Shown piece by piece: positions 18,871-28,734 of a DNA stretch of 64,000 nt (positions are counted from its first letter, which is position 1; each line of letters opens with the position of its first letter). Under the pieces are notes generated by a model. It was not told where the DNA came from. It did no database searches and saw only the letters and a list, made by a program, of their open reading frames with translations. Source of the stretch: Candidatus Saccharimonadales bacterium (GTDB lineage Bacteria; Patescibacteriota; Saccharimonadia; Saccharimonadales; 2-12-FULL-41-12); assembly GCA_041600715.1 (NCBI GenBank), contig JBFIJM010000001.1:64387-128386 (forward strand), written 5' to 3'. The translations under genes and the position numbers were made by a program.

Positions 18871-20058
18871 CTATTTCCTAGTGAGCACTACTAGTTCTCG
18901 TGCTACTATCTGATCTGCTCTGTGATAGATAAGATCTGCGTCCTTAACGTGAACAAAACTCATACGAGTATACCCTAATTCCTCGAGAGAATCAAGGGTT
19001 TTAAGGTGTCTGAATCCATTGTTAATTCGCCATGCCGGTACCGCTATGCACATCTTGAATCCTTTTTGTGTCTGACGAGCGACATTTTGCAGAAACTTTT
19101 TATGAATCATGTGACAATCATTCATAATTTTTTGAAGCGTTTGAGAGTCCGGGGTACTGGACAGTGGACGGCCTAAGTAAGTTTCACAAGCAATCGTATC
19201 GGGCATAGGATTCCATGTGCGACTAGTAGCGTCACCATTGCTTACGTCCCATGACGGTAACTTGCCAGCCTGATTCTCTAGCCAGTTGAGATTTGTATTG
19301 CTGAACTCTACCATGCGGGGTTCAAGATCTGACCCGATTGCTGAGAATCCCATCAATAACGACTCTTGAAGTATTACACCTGTCCCACAAAACGGATCCA
19401 AAATAGAAATTGGTGCCGTACTATTTCCTAATTCCTGATTCCCAATTGCTAGGTTGATGATAGTTTGGGCGAGCTTGGGAGGTAACATGCCGACAAACGA
19501 ATCCCGCGCAGGACGACCACGATCACGGGCAGCGTAAGCGTCAATGTCCTGAACGTGGACAGTCTGCCCAATGTACGTTTTGTTGCCGTCTCGCACAATT
19601 ACGAGTTCCATGCCGACGTCAGTGAGGAGTCCTCCGTGTATGACTTGAGCCGTGTTGAGCTCGTGAGTTTTATTGGCAATAATACGAGCGGATTTGCCCT
19701 CTCGTTTCATGACTTTCTTGAGCTCCAGGCCAGTTGCATTTAGTTCTTGGAGTTTTACATCAAAACCATAAGTGCTCAGGCCAAGTTTCACTTTTCCTTC
19801 TGGGAGGGAATTTAAGTAGCTCGGTAGGCTTGTTTTTAGGTGGCTTCGGATGCGCTTCCAGTCGCTGTATGGCAGCGTATCTAAGTGCTCAGCAATTTTT
19901 TGTGTCCCGCCAAGCTGTGCCGTGTCATATTTTTGTAAATCAAAATCAACCAGTGCTGCACCGCCACTGAGTGGTGTGATAGCATCTGAGCCAAATAAAC
20001 TTTCTAGCTCGGCCAGGCTTATTGCCGGCTGTCGACCCAGTATAACCAGTGATTGCAT
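18871..20058 (-). CDS. SAM-dependent RNA methyltransferase (UPF0020/Trm-G10-like, THUMP-like N-terminus)
   Basis: ILDPFCGTGVILQESL SAM motif I. Start taken at ATG 20058 (MQSLVILG...). Confidence 0.6.
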   Translation of the reverse strand: MQSLVILGRQPAISLAELESLFGSDAITPLSGGAALVDFDLQKYDTAQLGGTQKIAEHLDTLPYSDWKRIRSHLKTSLPSYLNSLPEGKVKLGLSTYGFDVKLQELNATGLELKKVMKREGKSARIIANKTHELNTAQVIHGGLLTDVGMELVIVRDGNKTYIGQTVHVQDIDAYAARDRGRPARDSFVGMLPPKLAQTIINLAIGNQELGNSTAPISILDPFCGTGVILQESLLMGFSAIGSDLEPRMVEFSNTNLNWLENQAGKLPSWDVSNGDATSRTWNPMPDTIACETYLGRPLSSTPDSQTLQKIMNDCHMIHKKFLQNVARQTQKGFKMCIAVPAWRINNGFRHLKTLDSLEELGYTRMSFVHVKDADLIYHRADQIVARELVVLTRK

Positions 20059-20100
20059 AGATACAGTATAGCCTAACCGGGGCAACTGAGATACTTAATA

Positions 20101-20129
20101 TTGACATAACGTAAATAATATGCTAAGAT
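20101..20129 (+). promoter_or_regulatory. sigma70-type promoter TTGACA-17-TAAGAT
   Basis: TTGACA 20101-20106, 17-nt spacer, TAAGAT 20124-20129. ATG 20137 begins 7 nt after the -10, so the mRNA looks leaderless. Confidence 0.6.
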
Positions 20130-20136
20130 GTATATC

Positions 20137-21036
20137 ATGAATAACCATAACAACTTCGAAAAAATAAAAAAAGCCCCAAAGCGTAAAATAGCCGCCGCAG
20201 GCGTAGCGTTGGCTCTGGTAGGCGGAGGCTATGTTGCCGAACACGGTAACGGTGAAAAGAGTCCGTCTAAGCCGTCTACCGAGCGGGTTGTCGATGGGGC
20301 AAAAAAACACCAGACAAAGACCGAAACAGTGAATCCAGCAACGGAACTTAGTTACTATGAAGAACCTGCGGTACCAGAACTAACTATCGCCGAAAGGAAA
20401 AAGCTAGTTGATCGCAGATTTGAAGCAAAACGTGCCTTAGAAAGTAGTGCTTTAGAGGGAGCCCGTGGCGCACTGGGAGCTCTAGATAATGTAGTAAAGA
20501 ACTATTCTGCAGATCGACATTATTCACGCACTAAAAATTCAATAAACTATAACGGCGATACTGAAGATTTTGATTCGTTTACTCTTACGGCTAGCTACGA
20601 TAAAACAAAGCAGACAATCAGTGTATACAGTAGCGTATGGGAAGAGACTGCGCCGAGAGATTCAGAGGGGATGACTACAGAAGCAAACGTGAACGTATTC
20701 GCGGCAACTTTTAAAGTTAACTCTGCTAACCCGATACGATCACTGGATCGTAAGCTGGAAGTTGCGGATTATAGGGCAGCGCTCAGCAATCCTGACGGGG
20801 TAACTCTATTGGAAACTTTCGCAAGTAATCTGGTTAATGGCGAAGAGGGCTCGGGCATCCAGGATTACGAGGCATTCAATATTTACAAAGGTGATGATGA
20901 AACGGGTGCTTTGTACGAAATGGACCTTGAGGATCAAGGAGTTTGGGATCGCACTCGTCGCGATATTTCTAGATACGACGCGCTCCAGACGGCTTCTATA
21001 GGTGCGTTAGAATACCGCACTAGCTTTAGTCCCTAG
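20137..21036 (+). CDS. hypothetical membrane-anchored/secreted protein
   Basis: N-terminal KRKIAAAGVALALVGGGYVA hydrophobic anchor. An alternative ATG 20128 overlaps the -10 box. Confidence 0.55.
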   Translation: MNNHNNFEKIKKAPKRKIAAAGVALALVGGGYVAEHGNGEKSPSKPSTERVVDGAKKHQTKTETVNPATELSYYEEPAVPELTIAERKKLVDRRFEAKRALESSALEGARGALGALDNVVKNYSADRHYSRTKNSINYNGDTEDFDSFTLTASYDKTKQTISVYSSVWEETAPRDSEGMTTEANVNVFAATFKVNSANPIRSLDRKLEVADYRAALSNPDGVTLLETFASNLVNGEEGSGIQDYEAFNIYKGDDETGALYEMDLEDQGVWDRTRRDISRYDALQTASIGALEYRTSFSP

Positions 21037-21125
21037 GGAGAAGTCAGAATTAAGTAGGATAGGTGAAGGGGTCGCAAATGTGGCCCTTTTTATACTACTC
21101 TGTTAGCTGGTATACTACCAATCTG

Positions 21126-22175
21126 ATGGCTGAGGAGTTGAAAAAGAATAACTGGAAAAAGATACTAACGTTACTGACGGTGGTCATTTTGGCCTTAATT
21201 GTGTACTTTTCTTGGGATGAAATTGGGCAGACTATGGCTAATCTGGGTCGTGTTAATGCTCTGATTTTATTTCTTATATTATTCTGGCAGATTGTAAAGA
21301 ACCACGCTTTCGCAAAACTTTATAAACTGCTCTTCGCAGTGCTCAAAAAAGACGTAACGTATCGTTCCATGTCAAAAGCTGCGCTCGAAATTAACTTTGT
21401 GAATAACGTATTTCCTTCTGGAGGCGTATCGGGGTTCTCTTACTTTGCCCTACGTATGAAGCAAGATCGCGTAACTGCTAGCCAGGCGACCATTGTGCAC
21501 GTGCTTCGTTGGGTTACGGTGTTTATATCGTTTCAGGCATTGCTGTTTTTTGGTGTTTTTGTTCTAGCTCTAGCCGGCAAAGCTGGTAACCTGACAATTT
21601 TATTTGCAAGCTCACTCACAACTCTTTTGATGGCGAGCACTTTAGCCATTATCTATATTATTGGTAGCAAGCGTCGGATTAATTCTTTCTTTACGGCCCT
21701 AACCAAGACACTGAATAGAGTAATACATGTCGTTAGGCCAAAGCACCCTGAAACTATCAATATAGCCCGAGCACAGGCTGGATTTTTGGAACTTCATGAG
21801 AATTATCTTGTGGTTAAAAGCAACTACAAACAGCTTGGTAAGCCTTTGTACTACGCTCTGTTAGCCAATGTGGCTGAGTTAGCAACCATTTATTGTATTT
21901 ATATAGCCCTGGGAGGCGCTGTGAATATAGGAGCTATTATCATTGCTTATGTGGTCGCAAACTTTGCAGGCCTTATATCTGTAATGCCAGGTGGTGTGGG
22001 GGTGTATGAAGGTTTAATGACAGCTGTAATGGCAACTGCAGGAATACCGCCGTCTACCAGTATCCCCGCAACGATTATGTATCGTGTTTTGACAAGCGCG
22101 ATTCAACTACCTCCAGGTTATTATTTTTATCAAAAGTCAGTCGGCAAAATGGGGAAGGGTTTTGAGCGCGAATGA
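21126..22175 (+). CDS. polytopic membrane protein, UPF0104/lysyl-PG-synthase TM-domain-like (flippase-like)
   Basis: Multiple hydrophobic helices; start at ATG 21126 (MAEELKKNNWKK). Family assignment is by overall pattern only. Confidence 0.5.
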   Translation: MAEELKKNNWKKILTLLTVVILALIVYFSWDEIGQTMANLGRVNALILFLILFWQIVKNHAFAKLYKLLFAVLKKDVTYRSMSKAALEINFVNNVFPSGGVSGFSYFALRMKQDRVTASQATIVHVLRWVTVFISFQALLFFGVFVLALAGKAGNLTILFASSLTTLLMASTLAIIYIIGSKRRINSFFTALTKTLNRVIHVVRPKHPETINIARAQAGFLELHENYLVVKSNYKQLGKPLYYALLANVAELATIYCIYIALGGAVNIGAIIIAYVVANFAGLISVMPGGVGVYEGLMTAVMATAGIPPSTSIPATIMYRVLTSAIQLPPGYYFYQKSVGKMGKGFERE

Positions 22176-23293
22176 TCGGAGCTTCACCGACTTTAACTGT
22201 ATCTGATTTTGTAGCAGTATTTAATCAGTCACTTGACATGCTTTACCCTGAGGTAGTGATAAGGGGTGAGCTAGCAAACTACCGTATAAGCAAAGGAATG
22301 TGGGTTTATTATGATCTTAAGGACGATGAAGCTTCAGTAAAATTTTTTGGCACAGTGCGGTCATTACCAGGACCCTTAGAGGAAGGTATGATGCTGGAAG
22401 TTAGGGGTAGACCCTATCTACACCCCAAGTTCGGATTTAGCGTGCAGTTTGATGCAGTTCAAGCAGTTGGGGAAGGGGCGATAAATAAAGCTCAGTTACT
22501 TCTTGCAAAAAAACTCAAGAGCGAAGGGCTGTTTGATGAGTCTCGAAAACGGTCATTGCCTTATCCTCCTCAAAAGGTGGCTGTCATAAGCTCCAGTGAG
22601 TCCGCAGGTTATGGAGATTTCATTAAAGTCACCACGATCAGATGGCCAATGCTAGAGATCCAGTTATTTGATGTGCAGGTACAAGGCGTTGATGCTCCCG
22701 CACAGATAGTGTCTGCCTTTGAGAAAGTAAATCAGAGCAATGATATAGATGTAGTTGTTCTTATTCGTGGGGGAGGGTCAAAAGACGATTTGCTGGCATT
22801 TGACCATGAGAATGTGGTGAGAGCAGTGGCAGGAAGTCGTGTTCCGACACTTGTAGCTATAGGACACGAAAGAGATAATAGTTTGAGCGAGATGGTAGCC
22901 GATGTGCGAGCAAGCACCCCGAGTAATGCATCTGAGCTTTTAGTGCCAAGTAGAAAAGACGAACAAGAGTGGTTAAACTCAGTACGTCGACAGCTTGAAC
23001 AGGCGCTAACTAAATTCGTGGACACGATGAAACAAGAGATTAAGATGTACGGCGTAGAGTTAGAAAGATCTTTTCTATCAACCCTGGAACTTAGCGAGTA
23101 CCATCTTCAGCAATCTGCAAAACTGCTGGGTGCATACAGCCCATACGCCCCATTAAAACGAGGATTTGCTTTGATCAGAGACACTAGCGGAGCTATAATT
23201 ACTTCTAGTGCCGTCGCAACAGAAGCCAAAGTTTTGGAATTAGAATTCCACGATGGAAAAGTAGATGTAAAACTTAATCACAAAGAGCAATAA
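22172..23293 (+). CDS. xseA: exodeoxyribonuclease VII large subunit
   Basis: N-terminal OB-fold pattern (VSDFVAVFNQSL...VVIRGELANY), catalytic core, C-terminal coiled coil; followed by xseB. Confidence 0.9.
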   Translation: MIGASPTLTVSDFVAVFNQSLDMLYPEVVIRGELANYRISKGMWVYYDLKDDEASVKFFGTVRSLPGPLEEGMMLEVRGRPYLHPKFGFSVQFDAVQAVGEGAINKAQLLLAKKLKSEGLFDESRKRSLPYPPQKVAVISSSESAGYGDFIKVTTIRWPMLEIQLFDVQVQGVDAPAQIVSAFEKVNQSNDIDVVVLIRGGGSKDDLLAFDHENVVRAVAGSRVPTLVAIGHERDNSLSEMVADVRASTPSNASELLVPSRKDEQEWLNSVRRQLEQALTKFVDTMKQEIKMYGVELERSFLSTLELSEYHLQQSAKLLGAYSPYAPLKRGFALIRDTSGAIITSSAVATEAKVLELEFHDGKVDVKLNHKEQ

Positions 23294-23476
23294 ATGAAGC
23301 AAAATTATTCAGAATTAAGAAAACGTATGGATGAGATTCTTACAGAGCTACAAGACCCTGGGACAGATTTAGACAGAGCTGTTTTATTACACGCAGAGGG
23401 CAAGAAAACGCTGGATAAATTAGAAGTTTATCTAACAGAAACTAAATTAAAAGTTAATAAAGCTAAAGAAAAGTAA
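23294..23476 (+). CDS. xseB: exodeoxyribonuclease VII small subunit
   Basis: 60-aa helical protein starting 1 nt after the xseA stop; typical XseB pattern (LDRAVLLHAEGKKTLDKLEVYL). Confidence 0.85.
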   Translation: MKQNYSELRKRMDEILTELQDPGTDLDRAVLLHAEGKKTLDKLEVYLTETKLKVNKAKEK

Positions 23477-23479
23477 AAG

Positions 23480-23962
23480 TTGATACCTTTCTTAATTTTC
23501 TTTTGCCTTGTTATGCTGTTCAGTTTTGTGCTTTTATTTGGCGCGCCCTATCTTCCAACTAAGCGAAGGCAAACTCAATCAGCGTTAAAACTTATGAGGC
23601 TAAAAAAAGGACAAGCTATTTATGAGCTTGGTTGCGGTGACGGCAGGGTACTGCTTTATGCAGCTCAACAGGGTTACCAGGGTGTGGGGTATGAACTAAA
23701 CCCTATATTGGTGATTATCGCCAAAGTAGTTACGTGGAGATATCGGTCACAGGTAAAAATAGTATGGGGGAACTTCTGGAAAGCTGATCTTAGTAAGGCG
23801 GACGCAGTATATGTATTTTTATTGGACAAGTTCATGGCTCGTTTTGATAAAAAAATGACAGAGATAAAAGGCATCTCGATACCTGTTGTTAGCTACGCTT
23901 TTAAAATTCCTGACAAAGCACACATCAAAGAACTTGACGGACTTTATCTATACAAATATTAA
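23480..23962 (+). CDS. class I SAM-dependent methyltransferase with N-terminal TM helix
   Basis: YELGCGDGRVLLYAA motif I; hydrophobic N-terminus. Confidence 0.65.
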   Translation: MIPFLIFFCLVMLFSFVLLFGAPYLPTKRRQTQSALKLMRLKKGQAIYELGCGDGRVLLYAAQQGYQGVGYELNPILVIIAKVVTWRYRSQVKIVWGNFWKADLSKADAVYVFLLDKFMARFDKKMTEIKGISIPVVSYAFKIPDKAHIKELDGLYLYKY

Positions 23963-25587
23963 CTCTGGTCCTCGCGCTCACCTAGAAAATCGTTCAGATC
24001 TGCTTTCCGTAGGTTCTTCAATAGGTCAGCTGTAAATTCGCCTATTGTTTGTTTACGCTTTTCTCTTCGTGTTTTTTCAGTGTTTTGTCCTGTAGCCTTG
24101 CTTTGAATAAGCGCTACCGCATTCTTATACCCGTGCTCTCTGATAAGAGGCCACATTTCACGTAAGTACTTAGACTGACTTATATATTCGAGCATTACAG
24201 GTGGCATGACATTGCATTCTGTAGGGTTCATTTGATCGTCGAATAGCTCTTTTACACGATCATTTTTGCGCTTTTTGGTGCTTTCTTTAAAACTAGCACT
24301 ATCAAAAATACTAGAAAATGTTTCAAGAACGAGTGCTTGCGGGTCTTGATGTAAGTAATCGTAAACACGTCGTTTTACATCCGAATTCTTATTATGGTGG
24401 AAATCTCTTGCACCAAGTTGTCTAGCTGTGGCACGCGATTGCATGAAGATATCTCGCCAAGTCATTCGTAATCCTGTAGTACGCTCCCATTCGTCAAGAA
24501 CTTCTTGACGCAGTGCGTAACAGGCGTTACCAACTTGTCTATTTTCGGCGACCACATGCACCATCTTTGATCCGTCTGGGCGTCGTTCTTCAATCTCAAG
24601 GACTAGATATGTCTCGTTAGGCTTAGCCTCTCGATCGTCTCGCTCGTTCACTTCGCCATTACTGGCTTTCGAAGAGTGTCCGTTACGGATGAAAGGTTGC
24701 ATTGATTCATAATAGCGAAATAAAGTACGTGCATCGCCATATGTGCTTTGTAAATTTCGAAGATCGCGCAACCGTTCTTCATCTATCTCAATCGGAAAAA
24801 CAGGGTTATATCCTTCTGGTTCTCCTCGTTCGCCTGCATGCCCGGGTGGGAAAACAGAAATAATCTCTGATTGATCACCGCTTTCTAGCTGTCCAAAAGG
24901 GATAGGTATATGCATAGCATCATCGATTGATGTTGAGGAATATGTAGGGCCACCTTGAGCGTGGATTTCTCTACGAACCGCATTAGCCAGATATGCCGCA
25001 GCGTATGCTGAGCTAAATCGTGCCCGAGTATTATCGTTTAAGACATCTGGAACACAGATTTTATTACTGGCAAAATGGTTTAGTCTTGCAAAAGATTTTT
25101 TTAAAATTATCTGCTTCCGCTCTGGTAAGGTCTTTTTTGGGTCCTTGTCGGCGATAAGAGATTGTGCGGTCGTGGCTATTATCATACCTCTAAGGAAAAG
25201 TACCTGTTGCGCAGTATTTAGTCCTAGTTCTTGCATAACATCGAGATTAGGAATGGTTTGTCCTATTTTGCTAACAATTTGATCAATAGAAGTGTATTCT
25301 GAATGTTCGCGCTTAGAATCGGCATATTTTTTTAGGATACCTTCATTCATTGTCTGCTGTATACGCTCAGGGCTGAAGGCGTTCTGGCCTTGAAGTTGTT
25401 GCAGACGTGACTGGAACTCCAGGCTAAAAATATTGTCAGAGTCACAAAAAGTCTCTCCTGGAACAATTACCGACAAGTCACGTGCATGTGCGCCTTTTAC
25501 TATCTCGTCTACAAGTTCCAGAAAGCTATATTCAGACGGGTCACGTAACGCATCACGTCTTTCATTATTATGTCTATCGTATTCCAT
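23959..25587 (-). CDS. large hypothetical protein (542 aa), no recognisable domain
   Basis: ATG 25587 preceded by AAGGAG; uninterrupted ORF; divergent from 25671..27938. Confidence 0.6.
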   Translation of the reverse strand: MEYDRHNNERRDALRDPSEYSFLELVDEIVKGAHARDLSVIVPGETFCDSDNIFSLEFQSRLQQLQGQNAFSPERIQQTMNEGILKKYADSKREHSEYTSIDQIVSKIGQTIPNLDVMQELGLNTAQQVLFLRGMIIATTAQSLIADKDPKKTLPERKQIILKKSFARLNHFASNKICVPDVLNDNTRARFSSAYAAAYLANAVRREIHAQGGPTYSSTSIDDAMHIPIPFGQLESGDQSEIISVFPPGHAGERGEPEGYNPVFPIEIDEERLRDLRNLQSTYGDARTLFRYYESMQPFIRNGHSSKASNGEVNERDDREAKPNETYLVLEIEERRPDGSKMVHVVAENRQVGNACYALRQEVLDEWERTTGLRMTWRDIFMQSRATARQLGARDFHHNKNSDVKRRVYDYLHQDPQALVLETFSSIFDSASFKESTKKRKNDRVKELFDDQMNPTECNVMPPVMLEYISQSKYLREMWPLIREHGYKNAVALIQSKATGQNTEKTRREKRKQTIGEFTADLLKNLRKADLNDFLGEREDQS

Positions 25588-25670
25588 GAAACTCCTTGTA
25601 TTATATAGTATATTCGTAAAATATACCAATAAGTTATAAAAAATAACAATGATTTCACGAGAGATATAGC

Positions 25671-27938
25671 ATGACAGACCAGAATCCAAATAACCCAGAA
25701 GAGCAGTTTATTGAAGTTGCCAGGGATTATAACCAAATCAAACAGCAATACGATGCCGTGCCGGAAAGACTTAAAGGTGTTTTAGCTATTGCATTAGGAG
25801 CAGTAACTACACGCGTCCATGCTGTTCTTGCTGATGATGAAATAGTGCAGTCAGTTGAATCCCAGAGGGAAGCACTGAAAAATGATGTATCTCTAGTATC
25901 GGATTTAATTGATAAAGGGATGATCACTGATGAACAAGCTCGCCAAGAGATACAGACTATCGTGGTCCACGAAGACTATAGGCTAATGAGAGTATATGAT
26001 AAATTAGCTGAGATGATGGTAGGCACCACTACCGAAGTAGTCCCAGGACTCCAGCAAACAATTGCAGATACGCAGACCGATAGTCCGTCAGTCGCAATCC
26101 CGGAAGATAGAAAGGCATTAACTCCTGAAAAATCTGATTCAGCTATTGCCGATGTTAGGGTTGTTGCGTCTAGCGAGGGGATTGAAATTAATGAAAAAAA
26201 TTTTCCAGATAATATTCATGGAGCTTTAAAAAATAGAAAAATTGCAATTTTTGAAGTCATTAACACATTAAAATCTGGTGAAAAAATAACCGCGAAAGAC
26301 CTATGGACTAGAGTTCTCGGCGAAGGGTATTCTTCAGTCGAGGTGCAAAGCCCAGGGAGATGGCTACGTGCAAATCTGGTCGACAATGACGAGACTGCAT
26401 TATTAGAATGGAACGGTAAGAGAAAGGATTCCGAGTATACACGGAATAGCGCAACCTTTGAATTATTAGATTGTCGTGAAGATGAACTCGCTGGGATAAC
26501 AGAGTCTGAGGCAGTCTCTTCACAAGAACAGGAGAAAAAAACTCTAACAGTAGCATTCGAGATTGACGGTGTATTACTAGGAAAAGGTCGGGGTAAAATG
26601 TTGCCGTATGAAATTTATCAGGGAAGTAATATTTCTGATAAAGACTATCCTGATATGCGTAAAAAAGCACTTTTATTTATTGCAGAAAATGCCGAAACTA
26701 AGCTTTCTTCAAAAGAAATATGGGTAAAAATTGCAGACGATCATACATCAGATAACTTTGACAAAGATACTTTCTATAGAGTTTGGACTTGGCTAAAAAA
26801 AATCAAGTACAAAAACCTACCCTTAATTCAGCATAAATCTGGAAGTCCTTATTACCAGTTTACTAGCGAGTATGTGCCAAATATTGTCAGGAACGATCAA
26901 GATGACGATGACTCAGGTCGCCCTGTTGGTCCAAGTCCAAGTCCAGGCTCAGATCACGGCCCAGAAGTTGTAGTGGTGAATACTGACGATGCGGATGCTG
27001 TACAGGGTTTATCAAAAGAGGGATCTTCGACTACAGAATCTTGTGCTAACTTGCCAGATTTTAGGTTGGCGCTCGTAGCATCTGGTGTATTAAGTCGATT
27101 CAATTTTGTACTAGAAGCAAATGGCTTTCCTAGAGTGGATGAAAAAATCTTAGACCCACTCAAAAAGTATGGAAGAAGTTCAAGTAATGATGATGACGTG
27201 TCATCACAGTATGTTGAGGCAGCACAGATGCTTTCAGAGCTATTAGACGACAATAATATCTCATTACTGGATGATCTTTCGGATTTGGTGCTAACACAAG
27301 ATCCGCGGGCAAATTTTGCTGATTTTTTGCTGACTATAATTACTGAAAAAGGTGGGAAAGAGTTGCTGTGTTCATTGCTACATGCGCGAGTTGTTAGTTC
27401 TGGTGGTAGTAAAAAATCACCAGTCAAACTTGATGAAAATGACTGCATGATATTCGATACTGAGACTAATGTTCAGTTATGGCCAAAGGTCAAAGTAGCC
27501 GAGCTTCGGCTAAATGACGAGCCTAGGTTATTACCAAGCGACACGAAGATAGACATTAGGGTACTAGAAGATGCCTCTTCTGACTCCTCTAATTCTATCG
27601 AGCCAAGACTTGAAGATTTCGTAAATGATGTTGTAAATGAATTAGAAAAACTGAAAGATAGAGGCATATTTGCCCCGACAGTTAAGTTGAGTGCGTTACG
27701 CGTACGGACAGGCAGTAGAATTACTGGTACTCACAGGGTAAGGGAGAGATTGCTCTCAGCTGGGTTGATTACCCGTCAAGAATACAGCTCAGCTATGTTA
27801 GAATTGCGGACTGTTGTGCTTATGGGTCTGTTTAACACCAATAAACAGATTCTGGACAAGGGCAGTAGACTACAGAAAAAAGCCGTTCAATTAATTGATG
27901 ATCAAATTGAGGATTTTTTGAGTAAAGTTACTGCTTAG
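25671..27938 (+). CDS. large hypothetical protein (755 aa) with repeated winged-helix-like modules and an acidic/low-complexity centre
   Basis: Repeated pattern KIAIFEVINTLKSGEKITAKDLWTRV... / KKALLFIAENAETKLSSKEIWVKI...; DDDDSGRPVGPSPSPGS linker. No catalytic motif seen. Confidence 0.6.
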   Translation: MTDQNPNNPEEQFIEVARDYNQIKQQYDAVPERLKGVLAIALGAVTTRVHAVLADDEIVQSVESQREALKNDVSLVSDLIDKGMITDEQARQEIQTIVVHEDYRLMRVYDKLAEMMVGTTTEVVPGLQQTIADTQTDSPSVAIPEDRKALTPEKSDSAIADVRVVASSEGIEINEKNFPDNIHGALKNRKIAIFEVINTLKSGEKITAKDLWTRVLGEGYSSVEVQSPGRWLRANLVDNDETALLEWNGKRKDSEYTRNSATFELLDCREDELAGITESEAVSSQEQEKKTLTVAFEIDGVLLGKGRGKMLPYEIYQGSNISDKDYPDMRKKALLFIAENAETKLSSKEIWVKIADDHTSDNFDKDTFYRVWTWLKKIKYKNLPLIQHKSGSPYYQFTSEYVPNIVRNDQDDDDSGRPVGPSPSPGSDHGPEVVVVNTDDADAVQGLSKEGSSTTESCANLPDFRLALVASGVLSRFNFVLEANGFPRVDEKILDPLKKYGRSSSNDDDVSSQYVEAAQMLSELLDDNNISLLDDLSDLVLTQDPRANFADFLLTIITEKGGKELLCSLLHARVVSSGGSKKSPVKLDENDCMIFDTETNVQLWPKVKVAELRLNDEPRLLPSDTKIDIRVLEDASSDSSNSIEPRLEDFVNDVVNELEKLKDRGIFAPTVKLSALRVRTGSRITGTHRVRERLLSAGLITRQEYSSAMLELRTVVLMGLFNTNKQILDKGSRLQKKAVQLIDDQIEDFLSKVTA

Positions 27939-27988
27939 TTTTTCTCAGGCTATTGAACTGGTGGGCAAACTCGGCTACCATAAGCTTT

Positions 27989-28636
27989 ATGAAACAGGAT
28001 CAAACTGGCGCAATAAATGTGCTTCTAATACCGTTAATTCTGTCGGTGCTTTTCTTTTTTTCCTCGATTGGGTTTGGAGTATGGGCATTTATGAGCCGTG
28101 AAGATTACAAAAATAACAGTGATCAAAAAGTTAATACTGCTGTTGTTGTTGCAACTGAACGGGCCAAAACAGAAAAAGAAAACGAGTTTGTTCAGCGTGA
28201 GAAAAACCCTTTGCGTGAGTACACTGGTTCTGAAGCCTTAGGCAGTATAACCTTCAAATATCCAAAGACATGGAGCGGGTACTTGGTAGAAGATGACACA
28301 AAATCCAGTCTTCTAATGCACCCTGGGCTAGTATCAGGCAACGAAAAGGCTATATATGCACTTCGTGTAGAAGTAGAATCATCTCAATACGATAAAGTGA
28401 TGCGTAACTATGAGAGTGACGTAAAAAGTGGAATAGTAAAAGCTACGGCTTTTAGACTGAATAAATTGCAGGAAGTGGCAGGCACAAGACTTGACGGTGA
28501 AATAGCCAATGGGATTCAGGGATCTATGATTGTACTACCACTTCGTGATAAAACACTAAAGATTAGTACGGAGTCCAAAGATTTTTCTAGTGATTTTGAG
28601 AGCATAATCCTGCCAAATCTGACGTTTATTCCGTAA
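27989..28636 (+). CDS. hypothetical single-pass membrane protein (215 aa)
   Basis: INVLLIPLILSVLFFFSSIGFGVWAF TM helix followed by a soluble domain; start at ATG 27989. Confidence 0.55.
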   Translation: MKQDQTGAINVLLIPLILSVLFFFSSIGFGVWAFMSREDYKNNSDQKVNTAVVVATERAKTEKENEFVQREKNPLREYTGSEALGSITFKYPKTWSGYLVEDDTKSSLLMHPGLVSGNEKAIYALRVEVESSQYDKVMRNYESDVKSGIVKATAFRLNKLQEVAGTRLDGEIANGIQGSMIVLPLRDKTLKISTESKDFSSDFESIILPNLTFIP

Positions 28637-28734
28637 AACATCCAGTACAACAATCGATCTTTATATTCATTAACCTGTACACGTTGTCTTAGTTAAGTGC
28701 TATACTTTACTTCATTAGAAGGGACGCGACGTAC

